Shown piece after piece: positions 27,532-35,479 of a stretch of 64,000 nt of DNA (within the stretch, counting starts at the first letter, position 1; the number at the start of each line of letters is the position of its first letter). The translations under genes were made by a program, and so were the position numbers. Below the pieces are notes generated by a model that made no database searches, had not been told where the DNA came from, and saw nothing but the letters and a program-made list of their open reading frames with translations. Source of the stretch: an uncultured Actinomycetes bacterium (GTDB lineage Bacteria > Actinomycetota > UBA4738 > JBBDHU01); assembly GCA_964640385.1 (NCBI GenBank), contig CAZXFL010000002.1, positions 27,045 through 91,044 on the forward strand, given 5' to 3'.

Positions 27532-27598
27532 GTCAGGGCTACCTGATGTTCCACATCTGGATTGCGTTGGCCCTGGTGCGAATCGGACTTTTGAACCT

Positions 27599-28147
27599 CT
27601 ACGGGCACCGGAGTTGCCGCAAGGCCGTCAAGTTCACACGAAGATCCGCCTCGGCCACATCTTGGAGGGTGGTGAAGTCCTCGTGGCTGACTCGTGATGC
27701 CTCTCGCCACTTGCTTCGCGTGAGTCGGTACTCGACGGCGTCCGGCGCGACTACTCGGTCCAGCTTGCGGACGCTGACGTACATGACGAGGCAGGGCTCC
27801 GCGTAGGCCACGATGCCGGTGCTAGGGCTCGTGCGACTCTCCTCCGACTCGACAGCTCCAGGTTCGAACTTCTGCGCCAGGTCGAAGTCATCGAACCCGT
27901 CGAGATCAAAGTGCTCGAAGCCGTTCTGGTGTCCACTGCATTCCATGTCGGCACTGTGCCATATTCTCTGTCGCGTGGCGTGCTTGTCCTGCAGGCGACT
28001 CAAGACGGAGATTCCCGCGAGATCGGTCGGGCACAGTTGAATCTCAGGGTGGTACTTGGGGGCCGTAGGCGGAACGAGAGGGCGATCACTGCGATTGAGG
28101 CAGCTGCCGAGGCCTACCCAAAGTATCTGACCCGCCCGATGTATCAC
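27599..28147 (-). CDS. Hypothetical protein in the AT-richer patch (weak call)
   Basis: 182-aa ORF, the longest in a region of visibly lower GC. No recognisable motifs. Competing ORFs exist on the + strand (27911..28312). Confidence 0.35.
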   Translation of the reverse strand: MIHRAGQILWVGLGSCLNRSDRPLVPPTAPKYHPEIQLCPTDLAGISVLSRLQDKHATRQRIWHSADMECSGHQNGFEHFDLDGFDDFDLAQKFEPGAVESEESRTSPSTGIVAYAEPCLVMYVSVRKLDRVVAPDAVEYRLTRSKWREASRVSHEDFTTLQDVAEADLRVNLTALRQLRCP

Positions 28148-28392
28148 GAGATGCGGGGCGGGTCTGAGTTCGAAGCCGGCCCCTACGCGGAGAGCGTCTC
28201 ATCCTACGAGCGGGTCCTGGAGCTTCCCATCGGAACGGGAGGCAGGTGGACTCATCCACGAGTACCAGGCGGTGGCTGCATGATGGATCGCCGTTTGGGC
28301 ACCCGACATTGACACCGCGTGGTTCACGATGCTGAATCGACCGGCCGGACATGCGCGCGGACATAGAGTACCGGCCGGCGCCGGTCGCTATC

Positions 28393-29031
28393 TCACGAAG
28401 CCCCGGCCCCGACGGCTGCGATCGGGGGGGGCTTTTTCCTACTCGTGATGACATCGTCGACGATCCCGTACTCTTTGGCCTGCTCGGCCGTCATGATGAA
28501 GTCGCGATCGGTGTCAGCAGAGATCTTTTCGAAGGACTGGCCCGTGTGCAGCGCCAAGAGCTCGTCGATCAGTTGCCGGTAGCGCAGGATCTCCCTCGCC
28601 TGAATCTCTATTTCGACGGCCTGGCCCTCGGCTTCGCCCTGGGGCTGGTGAATCAGCACGCGTGAGTGTGGCAGGGCGAAACGCTTGCCCTTCTGACCGG
28701 CCGCAAGCAGGACCGCGGCCGCGGAGGCGGCCTGGCCCATGACGATCGTCTCGACGTCGGGCTTGATGTACATCATCGTGTCGTAGACAGCGAACAGTGC
28801 CGGTATCGATCCGCCCGGCGAGTTGATGTAAAGGTGGATGTCCTTGTCGGGGTCTTCGCTTTCGAGATGGATGAGCTGGGCCATCGTCAGATTCGCGATT
28901 GCATCGTCGATCGGCATTCCGAGGAACACGATGCGCTCTTTTAGCAAACGCGAGTAGATGTCGAACGAACGCTCGCCACGGTTCGTCTCCTCCACGACTA
29001 CGGGAACGAGGTGATTCTGCGGGTCATTCAT
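28393..29031 (-). CDS. clpP: ATP-dependent Clp protease proteolytic subunit
   Basis: [38 protein letters not shown].... Catalytic triad contexts [11 protein letters not shown] (Ser), RVLIHQP (His) and [10 protein letters not shown] (Asp). Track ORF trimmed to the ATG at 29031. Confidence 0.9.
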   Translation of the reverse strand: MNDPQNHLVPVVVEETNRGERSFDIYSRLLKERIVFLGMPIDDAIANLTMAQLIHLESEDPDKDIHLYINSPGGSIPALFAVYDTMMYIKPDVETIVMGQAASAAAVLLAAGQKGKRFALPHSRVLIHQPQGEAEGQAVEIEIQAREILRYRQLIDELLALHTGQSFEKISADTDRDFIMTAEQAKEYGIVDDVITSRKKPPPIAAVGAGAS

Positions 29032-29334
29032 TCTTCGTGCCCCCTGCTTCGTGTGAGGAAGGCTCGCCGACGCGGTCGTTGGTATCGCCGGTAACGACTT
29101 CGGTCCTCTCGACAAGTCGAGCGCCTTCGACCGAATGCTATCACCGGCCAGCGCACTCATTTGAGCGGTCTTGGTTAGCGCGTCGGGTGCAGAAACACGA
29201 TCGCCATCATGCTGTCCTTTCTCCGTCCGAACCACCGATTATTCGCCCCCCCCGTGTCGGCGTTCGGAGCGCGGGGTCAGGTGACGTACCGCAACGCTAC
29301 GAGCGCCTCGGTGAGGAAGGGGTGGACCAATGAT

Positions 29335-29456
29335 GGGGGACCGTCAAACGCGATTTTATGGTCTAAATCCGACTAAAACGATAGGATTTATACTGAAAAG
29401 TAACGACTTTGGGTAATTCCAGGGAGAGTCCAGGTCTCGACCAAGGAGGGTGGGCG
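29335..29456 (+). promoter_or_regulatory. Most AT-rich stretch of the window. Likely promoter/leader for the Zn-ribbon and ferredoxin genes, with an AAGGAGG RBS at 29443-29449.
   Basis: cgattttatggtctaaatccgactaaaacgataggatttatactgaaaagtaacgactttgggtaattcc. It contains a TATACT -10-like hexamer. No convincing -35. Confidence 0.3.
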
Positions 29457-29672
29457 ATGCGGGACGTGTTACGCGGAGCACTCGTCTGCAATCTCCCCCA
29501 GGCCAAGAGGACCTTTCCCCGGGGCCGCATCTGCTTGGCCAAGGGCTGCGACACCAAGCTGTCGATCTACAGCGGCTGGCAGTACTGCTGGCAGCACGAG
29601 GCCGTGCACCCGTACACGCCGCGCCGCGGGCGGAAGCGGAAGGAAGTCGCAAGAGTAGTGGGAGGCTCATGA
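29457..29672 (+). CDS. Small zinc-ribbon-like protein with a basic tail
   Basis: MRDVLRGALVCNLPQAKRTFPRGRICLAKGCDTKLSIYSGWQYCWQHE...RRGRKRKE. Pattern is C-x4-C...C-x2-H. A strong RBS lies 7 nt upstream of the ATG at 29457. Confidence 0.6.
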   Translation: MRDVLRGALVCNLPQAKRTFPRGRICLAKGCDTKLSIYSGWQYCWQHEAVHPYTPRRGRKRKEVARVVGGS

Positions 29673-29712
29673 ACCGGCCGTGCGGGGATCCGCACTCGGA
29701 GTTGTCTATGGC

Positions 29713-30039
29713 ATGACCTATGTGATCGCAGAGCCCTGCATCGACGTGAAGGACCGAGCGTGCGTCGACGAATGTCCGGTCGACTGCATCTACGAGGGTC
29801 CGCGGATGCTCTACATCAACCCCGACGAGTGCGTCGACTGCGACGCCTGCGTACCGGTCTGCCCCGTCACGGCCATCTTCTCCGAGGATGACGTGCCTGC
29901 CGAGTGGAGGCCGTTCACCGCGATCAATGAGGAGTACTTCGCCGACGGCGTTTCGGGCGTGGGCTCGGCCGGCGGGGCGGCGCAGGTCGGCCCTTCGGCG
30001 GTTGACCATCCAACGGTCGCGGCCTGGGCTGCCGTCTAG
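29713..30039 (+). CDS. fdxA: 7Fe-type ferredoxin ([3Fe-4S][4Fe-4S])
   Basis: MTYVIAEPCIDVKDRACVDECPVDCIYEG...YINPDECVDCDACVPVCPVTAIF. Confidence 0.9.
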   Translation: MTYVIAEPCIDVKDRACVDECPVDCIYEGPRMLYINPDECVDCDACVPVCPVTAIFSEDDVPAEWRPFTAINEEYFADGVSGVGSAGGAAQVGPSAVDHPTVAAWAAV

Positions 30040-30148
30040 CTGTCGTCCCGACGGACATCTATGACGACTGGGCATGGCGGTCTCCAGTATCCACGACATC
30101 GCTCGCGCCCGCGGCGGCAACGCCGACTGACTGCCGGCTGAGACGGCC

Positions 30149-30757
30149 ATGCCCGCAGGCACGTATACCGTGTTCGGCCTCGATGGGCGCCCAGTCGGGA
30201 CAGAGGAGTTCCGGACGGCCCCCGGGATCGCAGGCTCGCGATGGTTCTCGACGATCCGGTTCAGCGATCCAGCGGCCGGAGAGGAGGTCGTGGATCTGTC
30301 GGTGGACGAGTACTGGCGACCCATGCGTCTGCGGATCGGAACGGGCGAACACCACCTGATCCTTCAGCGGTCCGGTCAGGGTTTCTCTGGCGCGCGCGAT
30401 GCCGAGGAGCTGGAGGTAGGCCCCGTCGCCGACTTCGGCTACCGGTCCCCCGGATTCAATGCCGCCACCGCCAACCGCCTGATGACCGAGAACCTGACGA
30501 GCGCCGATCTGGAGATCACCCGGGTCGAGGCGGGATCGCTCGGGCTGCGGACCTCGCGCCAACGCTACGAGCGTCTCGGCGACGAAGAACTCACCACGCG
30601 CGTGGGCCGGTTCCCTGCCGTGCGCTGGCGGTACACGGACCTTGACTCGGAGCGGACCGGCGAACTCTGGACCGGCGGGGCGATCGTCCTCTCCTACCCA
30701 GGAGTGGCGGAACTGGCCGAATTCGACCCGTTGGGCGCGGGCCCGTTCCCCCTCTGA
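30149..30757 (+). CDS. Hypothetical protein (202 aa)
   Basis: Clean ORF with protein-like composition. No motif recognised. Confidence 0.65.
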   Translation: MPAGTYTVFGLDGRPVGTEEFRTAPGIAGSRWFSTIRFSDPAAGEEVVDLSVDEYWRPMRLRIGTGEHHLILQRSGQGFSGARDAEELEVGPVADFGYRSPGFNAATANRLMTENLTSADLEITRVEAGSLGLRTSRQRYERLGDEELTTRVGRFPAVRWRYTDLDSERTGELWTGGAIVLSYPGVAELAEFDPLGAGPFPL

Positions 30758-30863
30758 CTTGTCGGGATCGGCGCATCTTTATCAGGACCATGACCGATGC
30801 AGTCAGGACTGATCAGTGGAGACTTCCGAACTATGAAGGAGCGAACACCAGGCGCGTAGCGGC

Positions 30864-32237
30864 TCAGCGCGGCAGGCGGTATACGAACGCGATCCGGAGC
30901 ACCAGCGTCAGGATCGACGTCGCGGCGACCGCGGCCAGCGCTGCGAGCGGCAAGCCAGCGATCGAGAGGATCGTCACAAGCAGTATGCGGCCGTCGCGTC
31001 CGCCTAGCAGCCAGGAGAGCGCGCGCTCGTCCGCATGCGGCAGGCCGTGCGCGATGATGCGGTCCTTCGAGGCCATCGACATCATCGAGCCGAACACCGC
31101 CGCAAGAGTGGCCAGCAGAACGCTCGGCGCCGCGGACGGCATCGCGTCGAGCGCCCAGAGGCCGAGACCGCCGAGGATCGCCGCGTCGGTGAATCGATCC
31201 AGAACACCGTCCAGAAGCGCCCCCTGAGGTGTCGCGCGCAGCTGCAGTCGCGCGGCCTCGCCGTCCATCCCGTCCAGCACCGAAGTGACGTGCGCCAGGA
31301 TGCCGCCCACGATGCCCAGACCGGCGGCGAGCGATCCCGCCGCCACGAGTCCGAGCAGGAACGCGATCCACGACAATAGGTTCGGCGACAGGCGAGCCGG
31401 TGAGATCCAGAACGAAAACCGTGTCGACACCGGCCGATTGAGGAAGCGCGAGACGGGCCCGTCTTCATCCTTTGGGAGCGACGAGCGCAGGAGGCGCCGC
31501 GCTTCGACGAGGTCCTCCCGTGTGTCGATGTCGTGCCACCAGGTCCCACTCGGCAGCGGCAGCGCCCGCAGCGGCCGCCGTTCTGCGAACCGTGTTACTG
31601 CTCCGGCCAGCGTGGTGTCGCCGTCGAGTGCCGCGAGCCGCTGGCATTCGAATATCTCCGGTGACAACACGAACACGCCACAATCGACGGCCGGCTCGTT
31701 CAGCTGCTTGCCGAACGCGACCGCGTCACCGTCCTCGATGCGTACGCGCGTCCCCTCTGCACGTACACCGGTCGCCGGATCCGGATCGACGAGCACCGCA
31801 GGCTCGTCGCTCCGGAGCAACCCTCGCAGCGCACCGTCACTGAAAACGTGGTCCGCCATCATGACGACCAACAACACCTCGTGCTCGAAGTGCTGCGCAA
31901 CCGCGGCGAGGGACGCCCCGTTCCCCCGTTCCCAGTCTTCGGCAAGCACAGTTCTCACGCGCCCCGGGGCAAGGCCGCCGACAGCGGCCGCAACTGGACC
32001 GGCGTGATAGCCGACGACCACGAGCACTTCCTCGATCCCCGAACCCAGCAGCGTGCGGACCGCGCGCTCGACGAGGCTGATCCCCGCGAGCCGGTTGAGC
32101 GCCTTCGAGCCACCACCGGTCACCCCTGCAAGGCGTTCGGAACGCCCGGCGGCGAGCACGACCGCGACGCGTGCTCGGGCTGCGAGTGCAGCCTCAGGCC
32201 GTGCACCTCTGGGCGCTTGCCCCTGGTCGATCCGCAT
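30864..32237 (-). CDS. Bifunctional nucleotidyltransferase / CDP-alcohol phosphatidyltransferase (IPCT/DIPPS-like architecture)
   Basis: N-terminus: VAVVLAAGRSERL...SKALNRLAG (sugar/inositol-phosphate cytidylyltransferase fold). C-terminus is membrane-embedded with DGMDGEAARLQLRATPQGALLDGVLDRFTD, matching D-x2-D-G-x2-A-R-x8-G-x3-D-x3-D. Confidence 0.75.
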   Translation of the reverse strand: MRIDQGQAPRGARPEAALAARARVAVVLAAGRSERLAGVTGGGSKALNRLAGISLVERAVRTLLGSGIEEVLVVVGYHAGPVAAAVGGLAPGRVRTVLAEDWERGNGASLAAVAQHFEHEVLLVVMMADHVFSDGALRGLLRSDEPAVLVDPDPATGVRAEGTRVRIEDGDAVAFGKQLNEPAVDCGVFVLSPEIFECQRLAALDGDTTLAGAVTRFAERRPLRALPLPSGTWWHDIDTREDLVEARRLLRSSLPKDEDGPVSRFLNRPVSTRFSFWISPARLSPNLLSWIAFLLGLVAAGSLAAGLGIVGGILAHVTSVLDGMDGEAARLQLRATPQGALLDGVLDRFTDAAILGGLGLWALDAMPSAAPSVLLATLAAVFGSMMSMASKDRIIAHGLPHADERALSWLLGGRDGRILLVTILSIAGLPLAALAAVAATSILTLVLRIAFVYRLPR

Positions 32238-32547
32238 GCGTTCCCCTCTCGAAGCTGGCTCCCGCGTTGGCGTGCTCAGTCTGTGGCCCCGGCCCCGTAT
32301 CGGGGTGCGCGATCTCCGGAATCTAGCTGATGTGAGTGTCGACTCGGTCTTGTCAAGCGGTGGTCGAATCAGGCGACGTCCGAGACCACGAGTTCCTCCT
32401 CCTCCCTAACGAGGCGAGCCTACCCCCTCAGCGCGTTTTCCCTGGCACGCAGGCCGGCGATCGCGGCCACGGGGTCGCGAGTTCCCGTATGCGATCTGAG
32501 TACCGCCCGGAGACCAAGTGGGTTCTTCCTGAACACCGTCCACTGGC

Positions 32548-32898
32548 GTGAGGTCCTGCGGGCTCGTCCCAGCGGCCGACTCGGTGGCTTCGCCCGACTC
32601 TTGCTACGGTGGCGACGTGATCGAGTTCACGGCCTGGGCTAAGGAGATCTTGCGCAACTCGCAGGTAGCGGCCTCGCGCGTCAACGCCGCGGCACGGCTG
32701 CGTCTCGCACGGACGGCCAGAGGTGTCGAAGTCGTACTCGCCTACCAACCCGACCCGGCCGACGCGACCGCCGACGCGGGCGGCGTCACCGTATACGTAG
32801 AGTCCGGGCTCGAGGGCCTCGTCGACGTCGAAGAACCTCACGACCGGCTCGTTCTCAAGCCTGCCGACGCGCCGCCCAACGTTCGCGGCGAACACTGA
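32548..32898 (+). CDS. Hypothetical protein, possibly HesB/IscA-like fold without Cys ligands. Start uncertain (GTG 32617 possible).
   Basis: VIEFTAWAKEILRNS...ARLRLART..GVEVVLAYQPDPADATADAGGVTVYVESGLEGL resembles the IscA/HesB topology but has no Cys motif. An equally long antisense ORF exists. Confidence 0.4.
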   Translation: MRSCGLVPAADSVASPDSCYGGDVIEFTAWAKEILRNSQVAASRVNAAARLRLARTARGVEVVLAYQPDPADATADAGGVTVYVESGLEGLVDVEEPHDRLVLKPADAPPNVRGEH

Positions 32899-33039
32899 GG
32901 TCGGAATGCCTTGCCCATGCGGGCGACATTACTCATAAGAGGTGGACTCGCCGCATCGGCGGCGCTTCGCTTGCTCTGCTCAAGTGAGGGACTAGGGGAG
33001 ACAGTGGCTGACGATGAGGGACTAGGCGAGCTGCTGAAG

Positions 33040-33190
33040 GTGCCCCTGCCCAACCCGAACGACGAGGACGTCGTCGCCGTGGCTCGGCGCAAGGATGCCC
33101 CGATGGCTCAGATCGCCAAGGACTTCAGGATCTCCCAGCCTTGTCTTCACCGCTGGGTCAAGGCCCAGGTCGAGGCGTCGGCCAAGCCCT
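33040..33190 (+). pseudogene. Remnant of an IS3-family transposase OrfA (HTH_Tnp_1 region only)
   Basis: ...DEDVVAVARRKDAPMAQIAKDFRISQPCLHRWVKAQVEA matches the typical IS3 OrfA motif (...VARELGIS.S.L..WV...). No OrfB/DDE part or inverted repeats were seen. Confidence 0.5.
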
Positions 33191-33221
33191 CTCGGTGCTG
33201 GAGCGGTGCTGCAGGCAGCGC

Positions 33222-33647
33222 TCAGGGCTGAGTGAAGTCCCGGATGAGCGCGGCCGCTTCTGGGAAGCCGTCCGCCAGGACCTCCGGATCGCCCCGTACC
33301 ACATCCGAGGGATCCACCCCCGGCCACTCCGTGCTCGCCCCGAGGAACCATCGGCCGCCGGCGATGAGGCGAGCGGTGTGGAAGGTTCCTCCCGGGATGA
33401 GCAGCTGCAGGCGGTGTCCGCCTCGCACGTCAGGGCCCAGGGTCTCCACGGCGTGGCGCCCGTCCGGATACAGCAGTAGGACCTCCAGGGGATCACCCAG
33501 GTAGCGGTGGTACAGCTGATCGTTCCGGATGCAATGCAGCCGAACTCCGGCCGAGGGTGTGACCTCGAAGTACAGGGCCGAACCTGCTGGGCGACCCTCG
33601 GCGAATGGTGCCGGCAACCCACCCGGGGCGATCACCTCTCCGCTCAC
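33222..33647 (-). CDS. Cupin-superfamily protein (DUF985-like). Homology continues upstream to 33746 without a canonical start.
   Basis: ...YFEVTPSAGVRLHCIRNDQLYHRYLGDPLEVLLLYPDG...LLIPGGTFHTARL. The upstream in-frame sequence DSGIEAEDVTAEEIQAELGLEPHPTCGFVRITF lies directly after a TAG and contains no ATG, GTG or TTG. Confidence 0.75.
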   Translation of the reverse strand: MSGEVIAPGGLPAPFAEGRPAGSALYFEVTPSAGVRLHCIRNDQLYHRYLGDPLEVLLLYPDGRHAVETLGPDVRGGHRLQLLIPGGTFHTARLIAGGRWFLGASTEWPGVDPSDVVRGDPEVLADGFPEAAALIRDFTQP

Positions 33648-33800
33648 GAAAGTGATGCGAACGAACCCGCACGTCGGGTGTGGCTCCAGACCGAGCTCGG
33701 CCTGAATCTCCTCCGCGGTGACGTCTTCGGCTTCGATACCGGAATCCTAGAGACATACGGACACTGTGTGAAGACCGGGCATCTCCCCGCTCCTGCTGGC

Positions 33801-33806
33801 TAGACT
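33801..33806 (+). promoter_or_regulatory. Candidate -10 element (TAGACT) 9 nt upstream of the intact tRNA-Thr
   Basis: Matches the actinobacterial TAnnnT -10 pattern. No clear -35. Confidence 0.3.
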
Positions 33807-33815
33807 GGAAAGCAC

Positions 33816-33891
33816 GCCGGGGTAGCTCAGTTGGCAGAGCAGCGGTTTCGTAAACCGCAGGTCGTCGGTTCGAGTCCGACCTCCGGCTCCA
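33816..33891 (+). tRNA. tRNA-Thr (anticodon CGU), with encoded CCA
   Basis: GCCGGGG/CTCCGGC acceptor stem (one G-U pair), D-arm GTAGCTCAGTTGGCAGAGC, anticodon stem GCGGT/ACCGC with loop TTCGTAA, T-arm GTCGGTTCGAGTCCGAC, discriminator T, then CCA. Confidence 0.95.
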
Positions 33892-33899
33892 CGTTTAGA

Positions 33900-33933
33900 T
33901 ACAAGGGCCTTGTACTACAAGGGCATTGTGGTA
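33900..33933. promoter_or_regulatory. Two adjacent copies of a TACAAGGGC-containing palindromic motif (candidate operator or recombination arm site)
   Basis: 33900-33914 TACAAGG-G-CCTTGTA is a perfect 7-bp inverted repeat. 33916-33933 TACAAGGGCATTGTGGTA is an imperfect second copy. AT-richer than the surroundings and overlaps the start of the ATPase gene. Confidence 0.4.
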
Positions 33934-35338
33934 TAGTGCCTGTGTGAGAACCCCTGAGAGTACCCGCGTGCTCGACCGAGAGGACGAGACGGCGAGGCTT
34001 GACGCCTCGTGGGCGCAGGCGGAGATCGGTGCACCCCAGCTCGCGCTGGTGTGGGGACGGCGGCGGGTTGGAAAGACGTTCCTCTTGTCGCATTTCGCCT
34101 CCACGCGCCGGGCCGTGTTCTTTGGAGCAACTGAACAGGCTGAGGAGGTGGAGCTCGCACGCCTTGCGGATGTGTGTCACCGGTCCCTGGGACAGAAGGC
34201 GATGGATCTGGCCGGAGGTGGTTTCTCCGGATGGGAAGCGGCGCTGAGGTTCTTCGTCGCCCAAGCCGAGCATGATCCCCTGCTCGTCGTCATCGACGAG
34301 GTCCCCTACCTCGCGCGGTCGACGAGGGGCTTCGCGAGCATCGTGCAAGCCGTCTGGGATCACATCCCTCCCGGCACGAGACTGATGCTCGTCCTCACCG
34401 GCTCCGCGGTCGGCATCGTCGAGGACATGGTCGGTGCGAGCGGCGCGCTCCGGGGACGCCCGACGCTGTCCCTGCGCCTCGACCCCGTGGAGCTCGTGGC
34501 CGGGCGCGTCTTCCTCCCGGAGCTCGACGCGGCTACCTATTTCCGGGCCTATGCCGCCTGCGGCGGGTACCCACTCCATCTCAATGCGTGGGATGAGGAA
34601 GCCGGCGTCGACGACAACCTGCTCGCCTTGGCCGGCTCATCCGGAGGGATCCTGCTCGAGGATGCGGCAGCCATCATGGGGGAGGAGCTGCCTTCCACCG
34701 GAGGCTACGCGCGGATCCTTGCTGCCATCGGTCGGGGCAAGACACGCGCGTCTGAGATTGAGCAGGAGGCCGGACAGCGCATCGAGCATCCGATGCACGT
34801 TCTCGTCAGGGCTGGGTTCGTTCGCAAGGAACTGCCCGTGGGCGCGCCGAAAGCGAGCCGTCCCCTGTATGCGATCGCGGATCCGTACCTGGCCTTCTGG
34901 TTCCGCGTCCTCTATTCCGACCTTGCGCAGATATCCGGCGGACAGGGTCGCGCAGTGCTGGAGCGCCGTCGTGAGGAGTGGCAGAAGCACTTGGGTTGGG
35001 TGTTCGAGGAAGCGGCTCGGTGGCACGCAACTCGTCTCGTCGCCTCTGGCGTCTTCCCGCCGGATCTGGTGGTCGGGCGCTGGTGGGCGACGTCGGGCGA
35101 GCCGTGCGAGGTTGACGTACTCGGGCTCCGTGGATCCAGAACGGCGCTCGTCGGCGAGGCGAAGTGGTCGGCCCGCCCCCTGGGATCGCCGGTTCTGCGG
35201 GGTCTCCAAGCGAAGATCGACAGGCTTCCGAAGCCGGGACCCGAAGTGACGTTGGCGATGTGGGGTCGGAACGGGATCGATGGCCGACTTCGAGATCAGG
35301 GCGTGCTGGGATACTCACTCGAAGACGTGGTTTCGTAA
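33926..35338 (+). CDS. AAA-type ATPase (archaeal-ATPase-like P-loop) with a C-terminal DUF234-like domain
   Basis: Walker A LVWGRRRVGKTFLL, Walker B LLVVIDEVPYL, and a C-terminal ...VDVLGLRGSRTALVGEAKWS nuclease-fold-like motif typical of DUF234. The stop codon lies inside the tRNA 3' repeat. Start is TTG 33926 or GTG 33944. Confidence 0.85.
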   Translation: MWYSACVRTPESTRVLDREDETARLDASWAQAEIGAPQLALVWGRRRVGKTFLLSHFASTRRAVFFGATEQAEEVELARLADVCHRSLGQKAMDLAGGGFSGWEAALRFFVAQAEHDPLLVVIDEVPYLARSTRGFASIVQAVWDHIPPGTRLMLVLTGSAVGIVEDMVGASGALRGRPTLSLRLDPVELVAGRVFLPELDAATYFRAYAACGGYPLHLNAWDEEAGVDDNLLALAGSSGGILLEDAAAIMGEELPSTGGYARILAAIGRGKTRASEIEQEAGQRIEHPMHVLVRAGFVRKELPVGAPKASRPLYAIADPYLAFWFRVLYSDLAQISGGQGRAVLERRREEWQKHLGWVFEEAARWHATRLVASGVFPPDLVVGRWWATSGEPCEVDVLGLRGSRTALVGEAKWSARPLGSPVLRGLQAKIDRLPKPGPEVTLAMWGRNGIDGRLRDQGVLGYSLEDVVS

Positions 35339-35374
35339 ACCGCAGGTCGTCGGTTCGAGTCCGACCTCCAGCTC
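35329..35374 (+). pseudogene. 3' part of tRNA-Thr(CGU): anticodon loop through the acceptor 3' strand (att-like direct repeat)
   Basis: GGTTTCGTAAACCGCAGGTCGTCGGTTCGAGTCCGACCTCCaGCTC is identical to 33844-33887 of the intact gene, except for G->A at 35370. The CCA end has diverged. Confidence 0.8.
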
Positions 35375-35479
35375 AAGCCCGGTCAGATGCCTCATTGACC
35401 TGCGGCAGGAAGGACGAGGAGAATGGGCCCTCGATGGGTCGTGGAGAGTTGACCCTGCGCCGGAAGGACCCCAGGCCTG

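Larger units (their letters stand above)
27492..35374 (+). mobile_element. Putative integrated element(s) at tRNA-Thr, bounded by half-tRNA repeats. Degenerate, with no integrase seen.
   Basis: The 5' half (27492-27531), intact tRNA (33816-33891) and 3' part (35329-35374) are all on the same strand and share the 12-nt anticodon-loop core. The interior has an AT-rich patch, an IS3 OrfA remnant and accessory-type genes. Confidence 0.55.

Noticed and set aside
28150-28185. GGGTCTGAGTTCGAAGCCGGCCCC, reminiscent of a tRNA T-arm (GTTCGAA).
   Set aside because: The flanking sequence cannot form T-stem, acceptor or anticodon arms. This is probably a chance match.
28393-29031. ClpP as a prophage head-maturation (ClpP-like S14) protease, implying a prophage.
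   Set aside because: The sequence has the full canonical cellular ClpP N-terminus and triad contexts. No portal, capsid, terminase or tail genes are nearby.
32428-32895. 155-aa minus-strand ORF antisense to 32548..32898.
   Set aside because: Its composition is Arg/Gly-rich, while the plus-strand frame reads like a folded alpha/beta protein. Both calls are weak, so only the plus-strand one is reported, at low confidence.
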